This document shows, in pieces, positions 48,539 to 61,686 of a stretch of 64,000 nucleotides of DNA (positions are counted from its first letter, which is position 1; each line of letters begins with the position of its first letter). This stretch comes from Vitrella brassicaformis CCMP3155 (taxonomy: Eukaryota > Protista > Chromerida). The stretch is from contig CDMY01000859.1 of NCBI GenBank assembly GCA_001179505.1, forward strand, positions 1-64,000, read 5' to 3'. Position numbers and translations under genes: made by a program. The notes under the pieces are model-generated. The model was not told where the DNA came from. It did no database searches and worked only from the letters and a program-made list of their open reading frames with translations.

Positions 48539-49186
48539 CCACAGCGTGCCGACGTGCACGCGGCTGTGCGTATGTCATTTGCTTATTCGGTGCATGCCCT
48601 CGATCGGCGGACGGTATTTGTTGTGTATCTGTGTATCTGTGTGTGTATGAGTGCGAGCATTGGTGGCGAGCGGGCAGGGCGGGCATCCGATATTGGTGCG
48701 ATGCTAAGTGGGTGGCTGGGTGGGTGGCTAAGCGGGCGGGTGGTGGCAAAGTGAGTGTGTACAGATATTAGTAAGGGCGGGAGGGCGGGAGATTCAGAAA
48801 GATATACAGACGGACGGACAATTGGTTTGTGTCAAATCGATGGCGGCGTCTTCCGTCTCGCGGCCAGGATTCCGCCCCCAACGTCGAGGAACCAAAATCG
48901 CAGCAATAGCGTTGAATGAGCAAGCGGCATGGCCGCTGTTGACGTGCACGGCTGCCTCATATGGTGGCTGGCACCCAAGACCAGCCGGAAGGTACGAATG
49001 ACGCATTGCTGGCACGCAATGCACTGCTCCTTCCATCCCGCAGGCGCTGGTGACGAATTAGCGGATTTTGCGGCTTGCAATTGACAGATCTGCTGATAGG
49101 AAGGTGCGAGTGACACGGGAGCGATGGGCAGATGGTGCATTCTCCTCTCCTCTCCGCTGCAGGTAGATAGATAACGTCTGGTGACG

Positions 49187-52100
49187 ATGGAGGAGGCAGC
49201 TAGCAGTGCGGCCAGCAACGGAGCCTCTGACCCTGACAGCGCGGCCAACGCCGATAGCGCAGCCACGGAGGCCGCCTTCCAGGTGATCACAGCATCCACA
49301 TCGCACGTGAATGCCATTAGTCGGTGATTTGTGTGTCTTTGCTGTGTGTGTGGGTGCTGACTGACAGGCCATTCGGAGTGCAAGTGATGGCCATGATGAT
49401 GAGGCCGAGCCGTCATCCGGTGGCGGCGACGATGACACCACCAAATATTCTGACGTAGTCGAGGCCACCTTCCGGGTATGTGATGACGGGCACACATCAC
49501 ACACATTGTCAATTGTGTGCTTCTGTCGTGTGGCTGTACGGCATGACAGGCCCTTCGCTTGCACGGACTGACGACCGACCTCCCAGCGGTAGCGAAGCAA
49601 CGACGAAGGAAGGGCCACACCACACACACGGTGACACATCCCGCTTTGTGTGTCTGTGTGCAGCCTCGCGAACTTCACATCCCAGTGTATGCGTTGGCCA
49701 ATGCTGTGTGGGACCTCCCCCCTCCCCTCCCCTCACCACTCACCGGCGCCGTCCTCGCGCACCACCCTCACGTCATCATCGACTGCATCAACCCCGAGCA
49801 GCGCAGGTTTTGGGAGCAGCTCACCCCACAGACGGCACGGGACCTCGGCAGACAGATGATCAACCTCCAAACCATCACACACTGAATCCCGCGGACAGCC
49901 GATGGTGTGGAGGGTCTGGCGGCCGACCACTTCTTCGCTGGCTGGAGCTGGTGCCGGGGGTCACTTGTCGCACTGGAGGAGGGGCACGCCTTGGGGCGGC
50001 AGGAGGCTCGCGAGAGGCAGGGGCCGGCCACCACAATGAGCGAGGGCTCGCTCAAGTCGCTCACATTTGAGCCCGCGGTGCTGCCGGGAGTCGGAATACA
50101 GGAGATAACGGAGATCAGCTACATCAACTCACGGCCCCCCCAGACCGCCCCTTCCCAATCTATCCCCCTCCCAGCACTCACCGAGGTCAACTGCGTCATA
50201 CCGGGCCACTCGCTCATCGACGGGCGGGGATGGGCAACACCAGCGGTCGAGGTCGTGTCTGCACCATACGACACTGCCCAGGTGGCCGACATCCGACCAT
50301 TCGTCGCCACATCAAGGTCCCTCGTCGAGCTGGAGACGCCTCTGCTGCTGCCGCCGTCGGACCTGGCGCAGCTCATGGAGAGCATTCCTCTGGGGCAGCG
50401 GGGGAGTCCAGGGCCTCTCGCGCGCCTTCGGACGATTCCCTCCATCAAACTCTACGGGATGGAGTCGGATGTCGTCAGGGAGGGGCTAGAAAGACTCAAG
50501 GTGACACAGAACGAGAGAAGGGGCACAGAATGGAGGGCAGGGAAGGGGAAAGGGAAGCCATGACATCAATGCGTTCTGCTTCGCATGATGCTCTTCTTTC
50601 AGAGGTGTTTGTGTGATCGCGGCTGCTCGAAGTCTCTGAAGGAGCTGGGCATCGTGGTCCACCGCAGTGACTGCCACTCGGTGTTTCTCAAGGCAGACAC
50701 CCACGGGACATTCAAGGCCCTGGGCAACCTCATCGACAGAGTGTGCCTGCCATCGGGCTACCGGGGCCCGTCGTATGGCAGGGTGAATTGCCACATTCGC
50801 ACAGACGGACAGCAGGGAGAGGATGTCCCCATGGACCATCGGCTCGGCTACCTCCGGTGGGACCTCACCCAGTCCCCCCGCTGCCATTATCGGCTCCTGT
50901 GGGCGTTGCTGCGCGCATACCACATGGAGTATGATGATGCCGACTGTGACGAGCAGGACTGCCCATCATTCTGGACGTCTCCAAGGCCACCGTGCCAGCT
51001 CGTGTGGAGGATCACGCCAGCAGACCTCGACCCATTGGAGCAAGAGGAGGGGGACAGACGGGCGGGGCCCCATGCCTGCCGGATGATGTTCTCGTGGCGC
51101 AGGACCTGCAGCGTGTCCATCCAGTGTGCGGACGGCTGGACGCCACCAGCCAACGCTGTCCTGCCGTCGCATCCCGAGCTACGGATCTTCCGCCCGGGAC
51201 AGATGGGGATTCTGCACAACCTGACGGTCAAGAGCCGCATTGGGCTGGGGGCAGCTCGCGTCCTGATCTCCAGGGGGGTGGAGCTCCAGAGCCTGCAGGT
51301 GATGGACATGGACGACACCGACGTGATGGGCTTCCTCACCTGCCTGACTGCATGGAAGATGCCGAGTCAGCTGGTGCTCGGCTCGGTGCAGCCAGGGGCT
51401 GGGATGCCTGTGCCGTTCTACCACGGCAGCCTGCGCAAAGCCAAGATGCTGACGGCCAGCGGAGACGGAGCCATGGGCGTGGCGGCAGCCCTGCGCCAGC
51501 AGATGGCATCGCTGGATATGCTTGCCATGTCTGGCGGCGAGGCGGGCGTGCGCCAGGTGCTGACCAATGGGGGCCGTGAGGGGATCGGGCAGCTGCGTCT
51601 CGGCTTCATGGCTGAGGGTGACCCCGAGCTCATCGAGGCTGAGGACGAGAGGGAGGGCATCAGATTGGGGACCACAAGGACGAGATGCCACCCATCGACA
51701 CCGTAGAAATCCACCTGCACGGTACGTGGCAAAAGGATGAACCCCGGAGAATGCGCCCACTTGCTGCACCTCCGTGTCATCCACTGGTTTCAGTGCCCTC
51801 TGATGATATCGTCGAGCCAGGCGCCTTCATTCTGTCGAGCATCTGGTCAGTTCTCGAGATCGAGTCCATCTCGGAGCTGACGGTGGTGCTGCCCCAGCCC
51901 AGCCATCTCGACGCTCTCAAGGCGGCCATGGAGCGGCGGTTCGGGCCTGGTCGTGTGTTTGGCAACATGGTAGAGGAGGACAGTAGACTGGTCATGAATA
52001 GCAATCACATCCCACACGTAAGCGGATTGAAAAGGGTGAGATCTGCATTGACATATGCAGAATGCAATATGCTCTTCCTTTGGATTATGTGTCTGTTCAT

Positions 52101-53123
52101 CAGTTCCGTGGGGCGGCGTTTGCCCAGTTGTCGACCGACGACGTGCTCGAGGCCGCATTACGGACAGCACGTCTGCTCTTGCCAGAGGCTCTGGTGGAGG
52201 ACGGCATTCCATACGCGAGGGAGCAGCTGTCGTCGATGCTCAAGAGGTACCTCCCCTCCCTCCCTGTCGACGTCTCAGCCGAGGCGCTCGCCAGCGACTT
52301 CCACAAGCGCGTACGTGCTGCTACGCCCATGAGTGTCGTCGACCCCCCGTATGCCCCACAGCGCCTCAAGGCACCACTCGCGGCCGCGATGGAGCGACGC
52401 GGGATGGCCATGCAGCCCATGCTGCCGCTGCGAGGCGGATCGCCCTGCCGCCCAAGCCCCTCCACGATTGCCTCTGCACAGCAGCTGATGGCCATACTGC
52501 ACAAGACGGGCAAGCACATCACAGGCATCGAGCTGCTCTACAAGTAAGAGAAAACACATGGAGGGAAGTCTGTCACCTGCTGCTGCATATGCCCCTCCTC
52601 TTTCTCCTTTTTCTGGGCGGCTGGCTGCAGGGCTACCATGCACGGCTTCGACTTCACCGACATGCTCACCCGCGTGGCCGATGCGAGCTGCCTGCTGTTC
52701 CTCACCCGGAGCAATGGAAACATGCACGGCTGCTTCATCGACGATAGCATCCGCCCGCCCCCACCGCCCCACCAAATAGCCCTCAACACCCTCTACTCCT
52801 ACTACAACCACTATGATGCCGACGCCCTCATCTTCTACGCACCCGGCCCGTCGCCTCCAATCTTCGACCCGGAGGAGGTCACGCAGCAGTGTGTGAGCGT
52901 CTCACGCCCAGACATCGGCGTGCGCGGCAGCCTCACGATCGGCAGGTCCGCCTCGCACAACTTGAGCAGGGAGGAATGGCTGGGGCTGTGGGTGCCCGAC
53001 GCCGTGTGGATGGACAGTGGGTTGCCTGGCTGTGTGGTGCGACTGGGTTGGGGGGATGTGAATGAGGTGGAAGAGGTTGCAGCGGATGAGGTAGAGGTAT
53101 TCACACTGCAGACAGAAGGCTGA
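49187..53123 (+). CDS. Large lineage-specific (Vitrella-type) family protein with a degenerate C-terminal TLDc-like domain
   Basis: In-phase exons from MEEAASSAASNG... through WDLPPPLP, FWEQLTPQTARDLGRQMINL, WCRGSLVALEEGH, RSLVEL, DRGCSKSL. C-terminus ITGIELLYK|ATMHGFDFTDMLTRVADASCLLFL...GCFID...ADEVEVF. The start codon is tentative. Confidence 0.7.
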
Positions 53124-54134
53124 GTGAAGGGGGCGGGAGGGAGGGGGCCTGGACCATTTTTTGAAAGTATGTGGCGCCCAAGAGAGCACACCACAGAAAG
53201 CAGACTCTGAGAGAGACGTATGACACACTTAGCAGCAGCAGCGGTCTCTGGAGGACGATTGCCTGGAGCAAGAGACTTTGCCCATCGAGGGAGAGGGGTA
53301 GACAGACAGACAGGCACCCATACACACATACACTGGCTGGCCGACTGAGTCTGACATGACCATACAATCATCGCGCGTCCATGTGCGTTTTTGCTAGGGG
53401 GAGGGGACTCATGGATGATAATGCCGAGTGATAGCCAGCCGATGCACCAACTGATTGGAATGCGTCATGCCTCTTTCTCGCCGTGACTGTTTTGCACTAA
53501 GACAGGCCGAGAGAGACGCATGACTCACTAAGCAGCCGCAGCGGTAGGGAGCAACTGACAGCATCTGTCACAGACAGGCGCACACAGCGTCATGCTGCAG
53601 GGCAGTGTCTCGGTCGTCTGCTGGTTGGTTGGTGCATCGCTACTCCAATTCAGACGTGTTCATGGCTGCGTGGTGACTTACTTTGCGTGGATGGATGTGC
53701 ACTCGTGGATGCTACATGTCAAGATTTTTTGGTACCTCCCTTCGTGAGGCGCTGACGTCCATTCACTGAAGCTCACTGTACGGCGTCTGCAGTCCCAACA
53801 TGCACACACCTACGACACCCATCTCAGCTTCAGTCACCCACCCGCATGTATGTGTACTTACACTATACCGCCAAAAATGGCAGTTGTGTCGAAGTCACCA
53901 ATGAGTTGCCCAGAGAGAAAAAACTCTGTCGGCAGGTGTATGCGTGTGTGTGTGCGTGTGTGTGTGTGTGTTCCCCTTCCAGCCTCCCCGCCCCTGCCTC
54001 CTACCCTATACATCAGCAGGCGGCCAGACAGATGGACACAACACACGGCACAGACAGCCAAAACCATTGCCATGGATTGGATGCACGCAGAAAAGAGAAA
54101 AGGAGAAGCGGAGCAATCTAGCCAGCTATGTGTG

Positions 54135-55240
54135 TTACGCAGCAGTGGCCATGAGCGACACGACCTGTCTCCTTCTCTGTGCCCAGAAGTTGACGAATCG
54201 CTCCACAGACAGGTTCCAGCCCATGTCATGCATACAGAAGAGCAGCACCTCCTCGAACCGCTCGTAGATGGCGAAGCAGTTGGAGTCAAAGATCGCCAGC
54301 AGCAGCGTCGACCTGACACACACCGCACAGGCACCCGAAATGGGATGAATGAGTCTTTCTGTCGGCGTGGTTCGTTTTGCGCCTACCACTCCCACACCCA
54401 GCAGCACTCCCACAGACCCACCCACGGCCACAAATACACCAACACACGCTCCAGCAGGTCCCAACTGCCGTACCACAAGATGCCGTGACAGAGGACGCGG
54501 AAGCCCAGCAGGCAGAAGCACGCGCTCAATGGGTCGTGGGGGACGAAAAACCGCCAGCACGCCACAGAGAAGCGGACAGCCGGGTGCTTCTGCCATGGTG
54601 CGGGGTTGCCCGTCTTATCCTTGCCCTTGCCCTCATCGGCCGCAACAGCAGGGGTGTGTAGTGCCGCTCCGAGGACTTGTATGCGTCCGCCGTGCTCATG
54701 GTCCACGTGCGGCTGCTCCTCATCGTTGTGTTGCCTTAGGTGGCGCCTCAGGGGCTGCCGATCCAGATATTGGTTGATGTGGAACTGGTCGCCGCGCAGA
54801 CCCATCCGCACAATCCACACCATCTGCATCCATGGCAGAACCATACACGCATGGATCGATGGCACGAGTGATGTCAGCCATCGTGTGTCGGACTGACCTC
54901 AGCAGCGATGAGGAGGGCGACGGGGTAAAACTCAAACAAGGCATGCAGCAGGCAGTCGTCCTGCCGGTGCTTCGGGTCTGACGGGGTGCTCAGCTGCGGC
55001 AATGTCGGCGCAAATGTGGGAGGGATCAGACACACGTCCACTACGGAGGGAAAGAGACAATCACACGTACATGAGGGTTGCACGACGACCTCAGTGCTGT
55101 GTCCATCTTACAGTCGGGTATAGGCCAGTCCAGGAAGCGTTGCAGCACGTGATTTCTCGCCATTGTCAACAGCCGTGGAAACATCCTGAACACACAAGAA
55201 CAAGGAACAAGAAGTCCCTGCGGTCGACAAGAAGCCAGCA
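54135..55240 (-). CDS. Hypothetical protein; exon structure uncertain
   Basis: Coding-like exon fragments (DDCLLHALFEFYPVALLIAAE; WMQMVWIVRMGLRGDQFHINQYL; LLAIFDSNCFAIYERFEEVLLFCMHDMGWNLSVERFVNFW) separated by intron-like sequence. Confidence 0.4.
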
Positions 55241-55672
55241 AGGTACCGTGGGATGGACAGCAGGCAGAGCAAAAGCTCCCGAAGCAGAAACCCGATCATG
55301 ACGGTGGGTGGAAGCCTGCGACGAATCACGCAAACACGGGGTTGTCATCCTTTTGGTCTTTCTTTCATTTCTTTCGTCACCTACCTTTCTGGACGACGTA
55401 ACAGTCGACGTTGAAGGCAGCCCACGGCGTGGCAATGAGCTGAAAGGAGCTTCCACCAATCGGCCTCCGCAGAGCAATGATCAATGAGCGGAAAGCATGA
55501 GAACACAACACGCAATGTGTCAAGACTCAGGTGATGAGCAGTACGCCTCTTATCTTGGCTTTGGCGTTCACTCCTCCCTTCAGTGCGCGCTTGAAGGCGA
55601 GCTTCGGTGTAAACCGCTTTTTCCCATCCCAGGACTGACGCCGCGCTCTCCCAGTGTGGAGCAGCTTGGAAG

Positions 55673-57752
55673 ATGTCGGGCAGCAGCATCTGGATTAGCA
55701 GCAGCAGTAGAGCTGGAGGGGATGCCGCCATCGTCGGCACGGATCAGGCGCAGCCGTCCCCTGGCCAGCCGTGCCCATCGCAAGACCGTCGCCAGCAGCA
55801 CCACAGCAACAACATGGCGACCAGCAGCAGCATCCTGATTAGCAGCGGCAGCAGCAGCATCGTGTTTGAGGGAGGGGAAGCCGCCATCGTCGGCAAAGGG
55901 GTGACGGGCGTCGTCAAGAGGGGGCGCCTACAGCAGGGAGGGCATGAGGAGATGGCCGTCAAGATGGCGTTTGTGGGCGACCCGTCAGACCCGGCCTGGG
56001 TCAAGAAGGAGGCGGGGATGAAGGTCGAGGAGGACAGCATGCGGCAAGCGGCCGGCCGCCCTCCCTTCATCGACCTCCTCGCTTCCAACACCGACTCGGA
56101 GAGCCCAGCCATTGTCACCGACACCGACGGCACCACCCGGCCCGCCCTGTGCATAGCGAGTCCACTGCTTAGCGGTGAGTGGGTGGGTGGGCTGCACTGC
56201 ACGGCACACAGACAGTGTCGGTCCTTCTGACTATGACCATACCTCTGCTCTCGTGTGTGTATTGTGTGTGCAGGGGACAAGTGGGTAGAGTTGAGTGAGT
56301 TTTTTGGCTGGGAGGAGGCCAGCCCTGGGAGCGAGGGCAAGACCAAGCACAACCTGGTCGAGGCCTGCGATGCATTTGACAAGGAGGGCAACACCCCGAG
56401 GGCGAGAGAGGAGCTGTGGCGTGAGACCATCATCATCACACGCGCCCTTCTCCTCGTCCTGGAGGCCCACGAGGCGGCATACTCCCTGGGCATGCTCCAC
56501 CTTGACGGGTTCTACAACAACATCATGCTCCCCCGAGCCGCCCTAGAGTCCCCAACACCCTCAGCATCAGCAGCATCGGCAGCGGCGGCAGCAGATGACG
56601 GCGACAAGCAGCGCGCCAAGGCCATCGACTTGGTCAATGTCATCGTCGCCAAGGCCAGGAGCGAGCACCCCACCCCACCCCCGGAGCATTCCTGCCCATT
56701 CGCCGCCCTCGTGCCCACCGATCCTCAGCAGCAGCGGCAGCAGAGGCAGCTGCCGGCCGGCACCACAACCTTCACCCCGCCGGAGGTGCAGGCTCTCCTC
56801 TCGGGGCCGCCGTCAGTGGAGGGAGCTGTGTGGCTGGGCGAGCCGAGCCTCGCCTGGTCGTTCTGCATGCTCATCTACGCCGCGGCGCTCGGCCGGCCCA
56901 TGGGCGACGTGCTGCTGTTTCTCATGGATCAGAGGCTCTGGAGGACGGACGAGAAACTGAGCATCGCGGCGGCCCGGGAAGTGGCGGAGGAGGAGATGCT
57001 CAGTGAGTGGGAGCGCTTCACGCAGAGTGGCAAGCTGGTCAACACCAGCCTCCCCACATTCGCCCCGCAGATCGACGGCCTCCACCCGAACCGCTACGGT
57101 TATGACACTGATGAGCGGCTCTTCAACCTGGGAGAGGAGCAGGGGGTGGAGTGGCTGGCTGAGTGGAGGAAGATGCTCACTGCCATCGCATACATGAGGC
57201 GGGAGGACGAGCCCGGCCAGACGGGGGAGGAGCGGGGCGGCCTGGTGGCGGACCAGTCAAGGAGGAGCACTCTCAAGGAGATCCGGGAGCCGCTGGAGGC
57301 CGTACTGGCATTCCTGAAGTCTCCAGAGGTGCTCGACGCCGTCCAGACAGGCACCCCCTTCGAGCTGCCCGAGGGAGAGGAGGGAGAGGAGGGAGTCGAC
57401 GAGAGGGCCACGATGCCGCAAGGCCCTGTCGAAGGAGCCATTGAAGATGGTAAGTTGGCGGGCATCTCATTTCTATATCTCTCTCGGTATATGTGTGTCT
57501 GTTTCAGCATCTGTGGTCGATACTGTAGTTGAGAAGGAGGAGCCGCCCACGCCCAAATCACCAACGGACACCAACGTGCAGATGCAGCACGGCGCCGCAC
57601 CCCACCCCCGGCAGCCAGCTGCAGTGCATCACACACAGCAGCCAACCCCCCCATACCCTCGATTGCCACATCAGACGGGGGCCAGGCTGTTGGGCCGAGT
57701 GGTGGTATCCGAGCAGGAGCGGTCGCGGCCTGGGGGAGAGAGAAAGGAATAG
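55673..57752 (+). CDS. Divergent protein kinase-like protein; 3 exons
   Basis: G-loop IVGKGVTGVV, MAVKM, catalytic-loop-like MLHLDGFYNNIM, AIDLV at the DFG position, GTTTFTPPE, AWSFCML. An alternative start is at ~55814. Confidence 0.8.
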
Positions 57753-58064
57753 TGTCTGAGGGAGAATGGGGGAAATCATGTGTTCGTTAAACGCTATATT
57801 TCGTCCAGACGAATGTGTGTGCTGCAGGTGTGCTGTAGCTCGTGTGTGCCACAGACACAGACCGTGGAGGGTGGTGGGGGCGTGGGGGTACAAAGTTGCG
57901 ATGCTTTGCTGCACTCTTTGCTTTCATTGGCTCAGCCCCTGGCTCGCATCATCACAGAGCCCGTCTGATGAATGCAATCCCTTCGGGCGAGCCTGCGAGC
58001 TCAATTTGCGAGCTTAGCTCAAGCCCGAAGATCTGGCATCAGTTCTGCGGACTGCGTTGTCGTG

Positions 58065-61000
58065 ATGGCGATGGATCCCCGGTTTGATCCGTCCAGCAAC
58101 CCGCGCTTCAAGAAGGCGCCGCTCAAGACCAGGAAGACCCTCATCGATGAAAGATTCCAGAGGTACAGAGCGCCACAAACACGCACCAATCCATCAGTCC
58201 ATCAGTCCATCCATCGCCCATTGATCCCGCCTGTGTCTGTGTGGCTGTCAGGATGTTCGATGACAAGGCCTTCCAGACGCACACGGTGGTTGATCCCTAC
58301 GGCAGACGCAACAGGGACGTCAAGGCCGACGACATGCGGCGCTTCTACCGAATGGAACAAGACGATGAAGAACCGACAAAGGACGAGCAACACGATGCCC
58401 CTGTCAAGCGCAAGAAGGAGAAGGCTCTCAAGCGCAAGCATCAGGAGCAAGATGCCGATGACAAGATCGATGACAAGATGGCAGATGATGATGATCCTCA
58501 GGCGAACGGCAGCCGGGGCACCGTTCCCTTCGAGTGGAGTGAGGAATCCTCCTCAGATGTGAGAAGAGCAGACAGCAGTGTGCCGCCCATGTGAAAAGGC
58601 ACTCCCTGTGTGTGGTTTCTTGCGTACGACAGGAGGAAGAGGAGGACGAGGCGATCGGTAAGGATGACTCCGTGTGGAACCGGCTCGACCAAGACGTCCC
58701 CACGGTGCGCAGACAGTATTCACCAGACAGAGGCGGACCATGGCTGCATTCTTGCGCACGGGTGTGTGTTCAGGGTGACGTGACTTGTCGCGTGGCGGTG
58801 ATGGGATGCGATTGGGATGTCCTCACGGCAACCGACATCCTCGTGCTGGCACAGTCGTTCCTGCATGACTCCACGCCTGCCGGAGGCACCGACGCCAAGA
58901 AAGGCAGGACTACACAGACCGTCATCAGCGCTGGCCCAGGTCAGAGAGTGATACAAGGGGGGATGGGCCACAGAGTTGCTTCATTCACACATCCTGTCCT
59001 TCCGGCTGTTGGTTCCTGCAGTCCGCGGCATCCGGCGTGTAGCCATCTATCCATCTGACTTCGGCCTCGAGCAGATGGCCAAGGAGGCGGTGGAGGGTCC
59101 TGACATCGACCTGCCCAAGACAGCAACAGCCGCCCCCACAACTGAGACCTCACCACATGGCGAAAACACAACGGCGGAAGCGATTGATGGCCCTGGGGAG
59201 GTCGTGGACGGTGATGAAGAGCAGGGCGGAGAGGAGGAGGGAGAAGGAGAGGGGGAAGGTGACGAGTCTGCTGAGGTTGGTGACACTGAAGACGACGAAT
59301 CGACACAGGCGGCACTGAGGAAATACCAGAGACAGCGCAGCAAGTTAGTGAGCAACAAAAATCAGTCACCTGGTCATCTACTGTGGTTTGTGTGCCTGTG
59401 TTGCATCAGGTATTACTACGGGGTGATAGAGTGTGAGAGCGAGGACATCGCCGCCAAACTCTACGAAGAGCTGGACGGGCTTGATGTGGTAAGGACAGAC
59501 CTGCAATGCCAGCAGGCTGCTGCGGGAAACGCCTCGCTTTCTCTCCGTCGTGTGTGTCTCCTCTGCAGACGTTTGCTGTGGACGGGCTCGACCTCCGGTT
59601 CATTCCCGACTCCCTGGCCTTCCCCCATGCACCATCATCAGATGCGGCCGTCATCCCTCCCGGCTACAGAGCGCCCAACGCATACACATCGGCCTTGCGA
59701 CACTCCAAGGTCCGGCTCACCTGGGACGAGACCCCCGCCACACGCACCAAAGACCTCAGACGCAAGTGAGCACCCACAGCAGCACGAGAGGGGGAGAGCA
59801 GGCAGCTGGAAAATCGCATTCGTATGGTGTGTCCAGGTTCACTGATGAGGAGCTGAAGGACCACGACCTGCAGGCCTACCTCGCGTCGTCGTCAGATGAG
59901 TCGGATGAGGGGGAGGACGTGTGGCCGCATCAGTCCATCTACGATGAGAGCAAGGGTGGCGAGGGTGGCGATGACAAGAGGTTCGATCACATCGATGAGG
60001 ACAACCTGGAGGAGTACCGGCAGCTGCTTCTGGGCGACGTGGAGAATGAGGACGAGGAAGAGGACGATGGCGAGGGTGAGGGTGAGGGCGTCACGAGGAA
60101 GGCAAAGAAGGCCAACAGCAAAAGCAAGAAGAACAAAAAGGTACAGAGAGGGTGGGAGGCCACGGAGGTGAGGGCCAATCATGGTACGCATGCGTGTGAT
60201 TCTACAGGGCGGTGACGTGATAGAGATCACCTTCAAGCCTGACCTGGAGGCCCTCGCCATGAACGTCAAGGAGCGAGCCAAAGACAAAAAGAACATCACA
60301 GTCGACCATCAAGGGTGAGCAGCGCACAGCAACTCCCACGCCACCAATGGTGCATGACACGACAATGGCGTGGGGGTGTGTGCAGTCGTGAGGTGCTAGA
60401 GAAGGAGTCCAAGAGCCCCTGGCAGGCCTATCTGGAGAAGCGCAAGCAGAAGCGCAAGGAGAAGAAACAGGAGAGACGACAACAGATAGAGCGACAGAAG
60501 AAACTGGTACCCAAGACGCGTCAGAAAGCGACCATTGGCTGGCTGACAGGGTGTTCTTGTTCAGGCCCGTGGGGAGCCTGTCGACGAGGACGAAGGAGAG
60601 GGAAGCGACGACATCATCGGAGGCAAACCGACGAAGCCAAAAGCGCCCAGAGTACGCAAGAATGGTGCGTGCTCACCTTGGTGGACCTCCCTGTCTGCGT
60701 GTGGTGTGTGTGGTGCAGTTTCCCACTGTTGGAGCTCTGGACGAGACGGACGTGCCAGACTTCGAGACCGCTGAGGCAAATCCTAAAGACGACGAATACG
60801 ACGAGGAGGTGCGAAGGATCTTAACCCAAAAAGAGCGACGGGGTCCCCCTCACACTCTCCGTGGGCTTGTCATGCAATGCAGGAGGGTCGTCACTTCAAT
60901 TTGCGTGGCCGCATCAGCCGCCTGCGCGACAAAGGAGGCGTCGAGGCCTCGACCAAGGCGCAGAAGAAGGCCAAGAAGAAGACGGCCGAGTCAGAAATCC

Positions 61001-61472
61001 AACTGCAGACGGACTTCAAGGTAAGTCAGACGCAGGAAACGCGCACGCATTCACAGGTGCTCGATCTGTGTTGGTCGTCTGAATGCATGCAGATGGATCT
61101 GTTGGACCCCCGCATCGCTCGCGTGTTTGAGAATCCTGACTTCGCCATCGATCCGACAAACCCGAGATTCAGAGTAAGGCAGCACCCAACGCATAGAGCT
61201 ACCGTCATACCCCTCTCTCCTCATCTATCTATCGTCTCTTGTGTACACAGAACACGGAAGTCGATCGCCAGCTGCTGGCGCTGCGAAGAGTGCGCAAGAG
61301 GAAGATGGCCAGCAAGGCACAGCAAGAGAAGGGTCTGCCAACAACCAAGCCCCCGCCGCCCCGCAAGGCCCAGAAGAGACCACGTGCAGCTGATGACAAG
61401 CCCCCTGCTGCTGGCGTGGAGGAAGAAGGCTTCGTGCTCGTCAAGAAGCGAAAGAAGAGCAGGCAGGGTTAG
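58065..61472 (+). CDS. ESF1: Pre-rRNA-processing protein ESF1 (NUC153-containing); many exons
   Basis: DPRF...RFKK, IDERFQ|MF, VDPYGR, TCRVAVMGCDWD, IRRVAIYPSDFGLEQMAKEAVEGP, LRKYQ..R.|YYYGVIEC, DGLDLRFIPD, ALRHSKVRLTWDET, DLQAYLASSSDE, EITFKPDL, DPRIARVFENPDFAIDPTNPRF. Confidence 0.94.
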
Positions 61473-61686
61473 TTGGTGTGCGTGCGTAGGTTGCTGAGTT
61501 GACTGATACGCACCAAGACATTCATTCAGTCAATCATGCAGGCAATGCCAGGCATTTGCGAGTCCAGAAAGTCACATGAACATACCACCTTCAAGTTGCC
61601 AGCTCATCCCCCCAACCCCCCCACCAGCAACGTGCAACCACCGACAATCAATCAGCAAGAAAGCAAACATCGACGACACTTCATCA

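Noticed and set aside
48840-49000. Short upstream ORF MAASSVSRPG... as a first exon of the 49187 gene
   Set aside because: No in-frame splice to the main ORF was found; it may be 5'UTR or a uORF but is unsupported.
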